From Promethearchaeota archaeon (GTDB lineage: Archaea; Asgardarchaeota; Lokiarchaeia; Sigyniarchaeales; SOKP01): DNA of 44,537 nucleotides. Of this stretch, positions 19,362-27,634 are shown one piece after another. Every line of letters starts with the position of its first letter. Position 1 is the first letter of the stretch. The position numbers and the translations under genes were made by a program. Location of the stretch: the NCBI GenBank assembly GCA_018238625.1, contig JABCSY010000024.1, positions 1-44,537 on the forward strand, in the 5' to 3' direction. The notes beneath the pieces were generated by a model. That model was given only the letters and a program-made list of their open reading frames with translations. It had not been told where the DNA came from and did not search any database.

Positions 19362-21956
19362 ATGTTCATTTGTCTTGATAACTTAATTCGAACTGAATTA
19401 AATCACGAAGAAGTTTTACTAATTCCGGAACCACGTTATTTCAAGTTAATAAATCATCAATTATTAAAATTCAGTGAAAAATCATCAATTATATCTAATT
19501 TACCCAGAAAAGATTCCTTTATTATCGATCATTTTCAAAAACAATTAGAAATTTTTGGATTTGAAAGAGAATTAGAAATTAAATATGTCCAAGAAAATCT
19601 AAAGCTCCCTCAAAGTGAATCAACTATAGAGATTTGTAAAAAATCTTTTCCTAAATTAGATTTTGATGATTTTTTGCAAAATAAAAATAAAATTGAACAG
19701 GGATATATTCTAATTTCAAACGAGTCAAAAATATACATAGAAGCGGAATCTTCGCAAGGAATATTCTATGGGATTCAAACTTTGATTCAACTGATAAATT
19801 CGACTCCTACCAAGAAATTGATAAGTCAAGTAGCTATAATTGATTACCCCCTATTAAGTATTAGAGGCGTGTCGGATGATATTTCGAGAGGTCAAGCAGC
19901 AACGGTAAAAAATCTCAAGAAGTTTATCAAAGTGTTAAGTCATTTTAAAATAAATCATTACTACTTAGTTTACATGCAAGATATGTTCAAATTTGAAAAA
20001 TATCCAGATATTGGCAAAGGCAGAGGGGCTTACACCAAAGAAGAAATAAAAGATTTATTCGCTTATGCGAAACAGCATTTTGTAGAATTAATCCCGATTT
20101 TTCAAACGATTGGGCACTGGGAAAATATACTTCACAACGAAAAATATTGGCAATATGGGGAATTTCCAGGCTCAAATAGTTTGAACATCGCAAACGACAA
20201 AATCTATAAAATTTTAGATGGTATGATAGGGGATTTAAGTGAAGCGTTCAAATCTGAATACTTCCATATAGGAGCAGATGAAAGTTGGGATGTAGGGAAA
20301 GGAGCATCGAAAGAATATGTAGACAAGATAGGAATCGGTAATGCGTACTTAAAACATTACAAAAAGATTTACGAGATCGTTAAAAGTCATGGATATAAAA
20401 AGATCATTATATACCACGATATCCTTTACAAGTATCGAGAAGTTTTAGAGGGTTTACCTAAGGATATGATTGTAATGTATTGGAAATACAATACTAAAGA
20501 AAACCATCCAATTTTAAAAAAAATAAAAGAATTTAGATTACCCATAATTGTTAGTCCTTCTATTATAGATTACAATCGATTGTTTCCATCGTTCACCCGC
20601 TCTAAAAAAAACATATCAAACTTGATTAGAAACGGTTATGAAAACGGAGCGATAGGAGAAATAACTTCGAGTTGGGGAGATTATTCAAATAAGGAAATTA
20701 GAGAAAATAGAATTTACGGCTTTATTTACTCTTCACAAGTTGGTTGGAGTCCTTCAAAAAATGTAAATCCAATAAAATTTTGGAAAGGCCTTTTACTACA
20801 TTTTTATGGAATTAACGATCCTAGGTTATTTAAAGTTATAAGAACCTTAAGAGCTGTTGAAGATAAAAAGCGTTTACATACAAGACCTACTTTTTATTAT
20901 AATCACTTTTTCAGCCACCCATATAACAAGAAAAGTTCGTTATATAGAAAAAATCTAAAAACCTCTAAATTTGATTCTTTAATCAAAAATATGGACGAAA
21001 TTATTGTCATATGCAAAGATTTAGAGAAAATAGTACTAATTAATAAGGAAAACATTAGAGTTTTAGCCTTTATTGCAAAGCATATAAAATTTTACTGCAA
21101 TAAGAGAATTAACTCTAAAAAATTAGTTGATTTACGGTCTAAAAGAGTAAAAGACGAATATTTATTAATAATAATAAAAGAAATTGAGGCTTTAAAAAGG
21201 GAGTTAAACGAACTCCTAAAGGAATACGAAACCTTATGGTTGAACATTGCAAAAGAAGATGGTTTTGAATCAATAAAGAAGAAATATTTGTGGTTACTGA
21301 AATTTTACGACGGAAAAATCGAAGAAACTCGAAACAGAAGCAAATGGCGGAACCCAAGTATTCCTAGCGAATTAATTTACCTTAACGCAAAGAAAAAGCA
21401 CCAAATTAACACTACTTACTTTAAAAAAACGATTGAGATCGACGGTGAGATTGAAAGTGCTTACTTACAAGTAATTGGAGGGACTTTCGCAAAAATTAGC
21501 CTAAATAATAATCATATCGGCCATGTAATAACCAGACATTCGTTAAATTATGTGGTTTTAGAAAATAATATTCAAATATTCGATATTAAAAAGTATCTAG
21601 AACCTGGTGAAAATCTAATATTTATCGAAAATAAGGATTGTAGCGGAGGAGTTGGTCCAATTAACGTTTATGGCGAAGTTAAACTGAAATCATGTCAAAA
21701 AGATCTAATTAAATCTGACAATACGTGGTTAGGGGCAAGAAATCACGATGGTCCATGGAAAATTGTTAAAAGTTTTGGTAGCCCACCTAAAGTTACTGGA
21801 GGATTATGTTATCCCGATTTTGAGCGTAACATTCATTCGTTAGAAAGCGATATGATGACCGTTTTTAACGCTTTAATTGGTCGGGTTCCAAAAAAGTTAT
21901 ATTGGGTTTTAAAAATAGTTATAAAATTGTTTCACCGTTACGACATTCTAGAATAA
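19362..21956 (+). CDS. GH20 beta-N-acetylhexosaminidase with C-terminal beta-sandwich domain
   Basis: [20 protein letters not shown]...RG, catalytic HIGADE; no signal peptide. Confidence 0.88.
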   Translation: MFICLDNLIRTELNHEEVLLIPEPRYFKLINHQLLKFSEKSSIISNLPRKDSFIIDHFQKQLEIFGFERELEIKYVQENLKLPQSESTIEICKKSFPKLDFDDFLQNKNKIEQGYILISNESKIYIEAESSQGIFYGIQTLIQLINSTPTKKLISQVAIIDYPLLSIRGVSDDISRGQAATVKNLKKFIKVLSHFKINHYYLVYMQDMFKFEKYPDIGKGRGAYTKEEIKDLFAYAKQHFVELIPIFQTIGHWENILHNEKYWQYGEFPGSNSLNIANDKIYKILDGMIGDLSEAFKSEYFHIGADESWDVGKGASKEYVDKIGIGNAYLKHYKKIYEIVKSHGYKKIIIYHDILYKYREVLEGLPKDMIVMYWKYNTKENHPILKKIKEFRLPIIVSPSIIDYNRLFPSFTRSKKNISNLIRNGYENGAIGEITSSWGDYSNKEIRENRIYGFIYSSQVGWSPSKNVNPIKFWKGLLLHFYGINDPRLFKVIRTLRAVEDKKRLHTRPTFYYNHFFSHPYNKKSSLYRKNLKTSKFDSLIKNMDEIIVICKDLEKIVLINKENIRVLAFIAKHIKFYCNKRINSKKLVDLRSKRVKDEYLLIIIKEIEALKRELNELLKEYETLWLNIAKEDGFESIKKKYLWLLKFYDGKIEETRNRSKWRNPSIPSELIYLNAKKKHQINTTYFKKTIEIDGEIESAYLQVIGGTFAKISLNNNHIGHVITRHSLNYVVLENNIQIFDIKKYLEPGENLIFIENKDCSGGVGPINVYGEVKLKSCQKDLIKSDNTWLGARNHDGPWKIVKSFGSPPKVTGGLCYPDFERNIHSLESDMMTVFNALIGRVPKKLYWVLKIVIKLFHRYDILE

Positions 21957-21994
21957 ATATTAAAATAAAAAAATAAAAAAAAATTGCTCAATTA

Positions 21995-23287
21995 TCAATT
22001 ATTTTCTCTTATTACGATCGATTCAGGATTGTAAAGCATTTCTTGAATTTTAAGCCTATCTCCTGCGTCCGCCCTTCCTTTCGAAAGAATTGTAATTGTC
22101 AACCATTCAAAAGATCCCTTGAACTCTACTTTTTCCCACAGCTTTACTATTATGTACCAAAAGAGCACGACAATAGCAAGCAGTAGCAGAAGTTGGTAAC
22201 CGTTTAGCATTCCATCTAAAGCACCCCACCCGGTTACGGCATCGAAAATCAACACAGGGAAGATAGTAACCCATTGAAAACTCCAAATTGTCAATAACAA
22301 CATGTTGAATCGTCTAAAGAAGATGGTTTTCTTTCCAAATTTTTCTGCTTTTCCCCTATAATCTACTAATTGAAGTATTAAAGTGCCAATGGCAATCTCT
22401 CCAGCCGCTACAAAACTAAACAAGAATAAACTATCGCCTTCTAAATCAAAACCAAGTAATAACCCTGAAACAATCGCAGTTATGAGAAGGAACAAAGCGC
22501 TCAAATAAGACCATTTTAAAAAATTCTTTGTTATTCTTCCCTCGCCTATATAAGAGCCCGCAATCAAACCAAAAAGGGAAAGCGAGAAAAAAGGGACAAG
22601 AGGAGTGAACCTATTTATAAACGGCACAATTATGATATAGGTTAAATTAGTCCATAAATCGCGATTAATCCAATTGTTCCAAGGACTCCTGAAATCTACC
22701 ATGTAAGCATTCCCTAATTCAGTTACTAAGGGGCGTAAAAGCAAAACGATAATTAAAAGAGTAAGAGAAAGGATTAGAATCTTCTTAGTAGACCATCCTT
22801 TATACAAACAATAAGCGTAAATTCCACTGATAATTATCGTGGCAATACCTATGGTTTGCAAAACATTGATTCGAAATAAGTGATTTCCCAGACTCAACCA
22901 AATATCGCTTTCACCTAAGATTACATCCAATAGCAAGCCATTGAGCAAGGCTTCTGATATAAAGCCAAAAACCCAAATTATTAAGCCCCTTATCGCTTGA
23001 TTTTTAAATACTTTTAGGGCTGCCAGTTTTTTATCCATTACCTCGATATTCTTGTTCCATTGTCTTCTAGTTGAAATTGTATTGCCAATTGCAGACATTA
23101 AGATAAAAAGACCATCGAAATACCCTAAGTAAAGCAGAACTACGCCTAAAAGCAATAACAATATGTGCGCATCTCCAGCTATGATCTTGTCAACCTCTTC
23201 AGAAAACGCAACATTTAGCACATGGAAGCAAACTACTCCCAAAATACCAACGCCTTTAATAAAGTCGAAACTTATATATCGTTTCAT
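21995..23287 (-). CDS. Multi-TM protein, HGSNAT/DUF1624-like acyltransferase fold
   Basis: RYISFDFIKG......CFH, FILMSA, NVLQTIG, GSFEW. Confidence 0.6.
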   Translation of the reverse strand: MKRYISFDFIKGVGILGVVCFHVLNVAFSEEVDKIIAGDAHILLLLLGVVLLYLGYFDGLFILMSAIGNTISTRRQWNKNIEVMDKKLAALKVFKNQAIRGLIIWVFGFISEALLNGLLLDVILGESDIWLSLGNHLFRINVLQTIGIATIIISGIYAYCLYKGWSTKKILILSLTLLIIVLLLRPLVTELGNAYMVDFRSPWNNWINRDLWTNLTYIIIVPFINRFTPLVPFFSLSLFGLIAGSYIGEGRITKNFLKWSYLSALFLLITAIVSGLLLGFDLEGDSLFLFSFVAAGEIAIGTLILQLVDYRGKAEKFGKKTIFFRRFNMLLLTIWSFQWVTIFPVLIFDAVTGWGALDGMLNGYQLLLLLAIVVLFWYIIVKLWEKVEFKGSFEWLTITILSKGRADAGDRLKIQEMLYNPESIVIRENN

Positions 23288-23462
23288 TTTCCATCAATTT
23301 TTTGTGAAATTTAATTAGATAAAAGTTAAATAACACTTTGTTGTTAAAATATATAAAAATAAGTCATTTTTAACAAATAATATAAATTCTTAGCTCAAGT
23401 TAGGAGAAGATCAATTTCATCAAATATTAACACCGATTAAGATCTTCTTCTAATGATTTCAA

Positions 23463-24560
23463 TTAAATATCTCCCCTTATTTTTCTCTCGGTAATATCTT
23501 GAGCAATAACTTGGATTAAAATCTCATTATGCAATCGGATTAAAGTAGCTGTGTAAGAAACCCATATTAATTTTCCTTCCTTATTATAACCTTGAATTTC
23601 GCTTTGTTCTACATCTTGTCCTTTAATTAATTGTTCGTATACATTATGAAGAATGGATACGGTACTTGAAGGTAAAGTCATAAGTTGTAGAAAGTTTTTG
23701 CCAACCAAATCTTCTTTTTTGTACTTAAACAACTTATAAGTAGCGTAATTACAATCTATTATAGTACCTCCAAAATTTGAGATTATTATTGCGTTTGGGG
23801 AAGTTTGGAATAAGTGCCGAAACTTTTTATCCGAATCTTTTAAAGTTAATATTTTTTCACGATACTTAATTTCGAAATCCTTTTCTAGGTCTTCATATCT
23901 TGATATATATTCTTTTATTTTTTCATCGAATTTTTTTTGTTCTTCTATTTCTCTAACAACTGTAATAAACCTAAAATTTCCGTTCTCCTTAAAAACGCCC
24001 CCTTTTGCCGAGACTGAGATGTAATGTCCACCTTTATGGCGGGTTCTGTATTCTGCTGAAAAAAGCTCCCCCTTATTTATTGCTTCCTCGAGATTTTTAA
24101 TAATTTTGGGTAAATCTTCTGGATGGAAAAAGTTAAACACATTTAAACCTATCAATTCTTCAGGTTGATAACCAAATAATTTAAAAGTTTGAGGACTACA
24201 ATAAATAATTGTACCATCTGAACCTATTTCCACAATTACATCCAATATATTGTTAACAAGATAACGATATTGTTCCAATATATTCTTGTTATCTACTCTT
24301 TTACGTTTATCTCTATCCAAACTAGCTAATTCTGATTCAGAAGCGCTAAGATCGTCTAATTTTTGTGTTTTCTCGTAAAATTCTTTAATTTCGTTCTGTT
24401 CTACAGTAATTAATGTATGATTTGTGTGGACTCTTTCAAACGATTTTATTTGAATTTGATTAGTCGGATCGTTCGGATTAATGATTATATATTTCTTACA
24501 TCTAACACAAGCTCTAACTCTAATTTCCTTCTCAACCCATTGTTGTTGATTAAAATGCAA
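23463..24560 (-). CDS. PAS-PAS protein with N-terminal CxxC...HxxH module and no output domain
   Basis: FGYQPEELIG, FHPED, QDITERK; start codon uncertain. Confidence 0.8.
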   Translation of the reverse strand: MHFNQQQWVEKEIRVRACVRCKKYIIINPNDPTNQIQIKSFERVHTNHTLITVEQNEIKEFYEKTQKLDDLSASESELASLDRDKRKRVDNKNILEQYRYLVNNILDVIVEIGSDGTIIYCSPQTFKLFGYQPEELIGLNVFNFFHPEDLPKIIKNLEEAINKGELFSAEYRTRHKGGHYISVSAKGGVFKENGNFRFITVVREIEEQKKFDEKIKEYISRYEDLEKDFEIKYREKILTLKDSDKKFRHLFQTSPNAIIISNFGGTIIDCNYATYKLFKYKKEDLVGKNFLQLMTLPSSTVSILHNVYEQLIKGQDVEQSEIQGYNKEGKLIWVSYTATLIRLHNEILIQVIAQDITERKIRGDI

Positions 24561-24638
24561 AAATGATCTTAAACTTATACCATTATTATAAAAGATAATA
24601 AAATTATTAAACTTTATCTGTAACCTTATTTTTTTTGA

Positions 24639-24723
24639 CTTTTACCACCTACATAAGGTTTTGACGCACATGCCGACTAAATCTGCCGCAACAACACATT
24701 TTCCTTAAGCTTCGTTGTAAAAG
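24639..24723. ncRNA. Candidate structured RNA (long imperfect hairpin)
   Basis: Nested complementary blocks CTTTTAC/GTAAAAG, TAAGG/CCTTA and TGC/GCA in a GC-richer patch of an AT-rich spacer. Confidence 0.35.
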
Positions 24724-24800
24724 GGAGGAAAAAAATAAACTCAATTTTGAAATAATTAGTTTTAAAGCTCTTATGAACGAAAATATTGAAAGAAAAAAAA

Positions 24801-25454
24801 TTATTTGAATTTCTTTAAAAATTCCGGTTTAATTTTTGTGACTCTTTTTACGATTTTTGCTTTAAGTTCTAATGTGGTTTTAGAAGTGCCTTCGGGAGGG
24901 ATCGAAAGTTTAAACTTGTAATTAGGTTCTTCAATTTCAGAGGGTTCTGGCTCGGATCCAATGAAAGTAACTTCTTTAGTTTGCTTGAAATCCAATACTA
25001 ATTCAATAGGATAGTTCAGTTTATTTTCTATATTAATTTTTCGCGATATTAAATCAAAGCTTGTTCTAACTTCAATATGTTCTTTGGGTTGAATAGCGTC
25101 TTCAAAGGTTATTTTTGGCTCTCCCTCTTCAATCTGTACGATATCATCGTTAATAATAACGTCGTCATCAATTAATTCTTCGGAGATTATTTTGTTACCT
25201 ATGCTTTCGGCGGTATTGAGAAATAAGAAGGGTAAATTATTCTTATAAAGCGTCATGGGGGAATTTGTTGGAAGATCAACGTTTTCTCCTTCTTTTACTA
25301 AGATATATTTAATAATGGCTTCCCAAGTTAACTTATTTGACGAAACTGAAATTGCAGTGTATTGAACCTCAATTTTTCGATCGATGTTAAATTTACATTT
25401 AGACTTAAACCATTTTAATTTTATTTTTTTCCTTGTTGGAACGGTCGCTTTCAT
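24801..25454 (-). CDS. DUF4139-like C-terminal beta-sandwich protein
   Basis: SRKINIENKLNYPIELVL...FKLSIPPEG resembles the DUF4139 C-terminus. Confidence 0.55.
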   Translation of the reverse strand: MKATVPTRKKIKLKWFKSKCKFNIDRKIEVQYTAISVSSNKLTWEAIIKYILVKEGENVDLPTNSPMTLYKNNLPFLFLNTAESIGNKIISEELIDDDVIINDDIVQIEEGEPKITFEDAIQPKEHIEVRTSFDLISRKINIENKLNYPIELVLDFKQTKEVTFIGSEPEPSEIEEPNYKFKLSIPPEGTSKTTLELKAKIVKRVTKIKPEFLKKFK

Positions 25455-25467
25455 TTTGTCAATCCCC

Positions 25468-26205
25468 TCATAATAATTGTTTAAACCTCTGAGTTCTTTT
25501 CATAGGACCCTTTTGAATGTTTTTTAAGCTATTCAGCTCACCCAACATCTCTTGTCTCAGCCCTACGGCCGGTATATTTGTTTGGTAATCAACAATATTG
25601 GAGGGTGGTTGAGGTAATTCAAATATTGCAAATCCAAGTTCGACATTCTCGTAGGTAAAACCTGTTTGATTGTCCACCACGATAAAGCCTTCGATTTCCG
25701 CGGTCTTTCCGTCCTCGTTAATGTTAACTTGAAGTGTTGTGTTCCACCTAATTCTTACATCGGACAAGAAATAAATGATTTTTACAATAATTTCACCATC
25801 TTTAGTGGAATTTATTATAAAATTGAACGTTCCTTTCATATCGAAATATGTTCTGTAAGAAGAAGCTTCGCAGATATTCAAAACATTCTCCCTTAATTCT
25901 CGGGTAAAATCTATGGCGTATGAAATGATACTATTAGCTGCGGATTTTTCCCTACCTATTAGCTGCTCAGCATTCTTAAAATCGGGTAACGATATTATTG
26001 TTTGCTGTAAAGTGATTAATTCTTTATCCTCTGGAGTTAGATGCTCCAATTTAATATCGGCAGAGTTTGGATCAAAACTGGCAGGAACATTTTGGATTTG
26101 AAATTCGTTTATTCCTTGTTGAACGGGTAATTTCATTTCCCTTTCGACGATTCCGCCGCCACCGTTAAAGATTACAATGCTCTTTACTTTTGGGTCTATT
26201 AACAT
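25468..26205 (-). CDS. DUF4140/DUF4139-like N-terminal protein
   Basis: VKSIVIFNGGGGIVER, NVPASFDPNS, W.......AEIEGFIVVDNQTGFTYENVEL. Confidence 0.65.
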   Translation of the reverse strand: MLIDPKVKSIVIFNGGGGIVEREMKLPVQQGINEFQIQNVPASFDPNSADIKLEHLTPEDKELITLQQTIISLPDFKNAEQLIGREKSAANSIISYAIDFTRELRENVLNICEASSYRTYFDMKGTFNFIINSTKDGEIIVKIIYFLSDVRIRWNTTLQVNINEDGKTAEIEGFIVVDNQTGFTYENVELGFAIFELPQPPSNIVDYQTNIPAVGLRQEMLGELNSLKNIQKGPMKRTQRFKQLL

Positions 26206-26356
26206 TTTAGATTCATATCAATTTTTTAATATTATGAAATAAGAATCTTTTGTTATTTAAATTTATCAGATTGAATTATGAATCACTAAATGGCTAAAGC
26301 GCAAAATGCTATATAAATTAGAAAAAAGTAAAGAAATTGATTTAATAAAAATTTAA

Positions 26357-27316
26357 TTAAAAATTCGAGTAAATCATAAATTTGTTAGCACTCCCTAAAG
26401 AGTAGATTTCGAACTTGCTACCGCGCTTTGTCTCGCAAAACATTTGGATCATCGGAAAAAGATAGATTTGCGTGGTAATTTTTGCTTCCTTATCTTTTGA
26501 GTAGCTTTTGTAGTCGCTTCCTGCTGAATTAATCGTTTTCTTAATATTCTTGTTCCAATAACCTAAAGAAGCTTCCGCTTTCGACTCTAGATCTTTAAAA
26601 TCGTTAAAGTTAATACCCTCAACTTCTTCTATAATTTGGTGAAGATCTCGCTCAATTTCTTTTTCGTATTTTGTTTGTGCGCTGCTATGGAGTACTGGAA
26701 TTCCAGTAACGACAGTTTTAAAAGGGACTGGCAAAATTTGATATTTAAACAAGCTCTTATGGCCTTCACAATCACTACATTTTATTTTTCTCGTACCTGT
26801 ACCAAAACAAACGCCACATGGATAAGAAAACGGTTTAGTCTCCTTTTTCTGTTCTTCACCAGTTAACACAGTCAATTTTTCTTCGATTTTTCCCGTTCCT
26901 TTACATGTCTTACATTTTTCTTCCACATAGCCTTTACCACTACATTTTTTACAAGAAACTGCTTGAATTGTTTCGTATGTAGGTACTTTTTCATCGCCTT
27001 TCCAATTTTCTTTATTGAGCTTACCTTCACCCTTAAAAGAGTAAAATGTTTCTCTCACAACTCTTGGGGCAAGAACACTTTTTTCTTCCGCACCTTCGGG
27101 TAAAGTACCAACAGTTTTTTTAATCGCAAAATAAATTGCGGCTTCTTTTTGGGTATCTTTAACGTATTCCGCTGCACTTACAGCGTCTAACGAAAAAACA
27201 GCACCTTTAGTGCCAAATTGTTTTTCCATCCTTTTCTTATCTTGTCTTACGGCACGCTGCTTCCACTTCTCAAAAATTTCATCCAAATTTGGTGTTTTTA
27301 TTCTTATTTCGGGCAA
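26357..27316 (-). CDS. DnaJ-type zinc-finger protein without J domain (SSUH2-like)
   Basis: Four CxxCxG repeats (CKKCSGKG, CKTCKGTG, CGVCFGTG, CSDCEG); no HPD motif. Confidence 0.7.
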   Translation of the reverse strand: MPEIRIKTPNLDEIFEKWKQRAVRQDKKRMEKQFGTKGAVFSLDAVSAAEYVKDTQKEAAIYFAIKKTVGTLPEGAEEKSVLAPRVVRETFYSFKGEGKLNKENWKGDEKVPTYETIQAVSCKKCSGKGYVEEKCKTCKGTGKIEEKLTVLTGEEQKKETKPFSYPCGVCFGTGTRKIKCSDCEGHKSLFKYQILPVPFKTVVTGIPVLHSSAQTKYEKEIERDLHQIIEEVEGINFNDFKDLESKAEASLGYWNKNIKKTINSAGSDYKSYSKDKEAKITTQIYLFPMIQMFCETKRGSKFEIYSLGSANKFMIYSNF

Positions 27317-27440
27317 AATTATATCACATTAATTTTTTAATACTTGGATTTATTTATTTTATAACTTTAGAATTATAAAAATATAAAATAGAATAATTTA
27401 TAATTTTATTAAAACTAGATTAAAATTAAAATTTAAAAAA

Positions 27441-27602
27441 ATGTCAGCTGAAGAACGACAGAGTGTAGAGTACTTCTTACAATGGATTCAACAAGGGGGC
27501 CTTAAAGATTGGGTACAACACTACATTGACCAAGGAGATGAGGCCAAGTTAAGGCAAATAAAAGAGATTTACGATAAAATTAAAGCTGTTTTTGGATTTT
27601 AG
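27441..27602 (+). CDS. 53-aa hypothetical protein absent from the ORF track
   Basis: MSAEERQSVEYFLQWIQQGGLKDWVQHYIDQGDEAKLRQIKEIYDKIKAVFGF*; coding-like composition between AT-rich spacers. Confidence 0.7.
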   Translation: MSAEERQSVEYFLQWIQQGGLKDWVQHYIDQGDEAKLRQIKEIYDKIKAVFGF

Positions 27603-27634
27603 AATTTTGTTTTTATTATTTTCGTTTAAATTGA

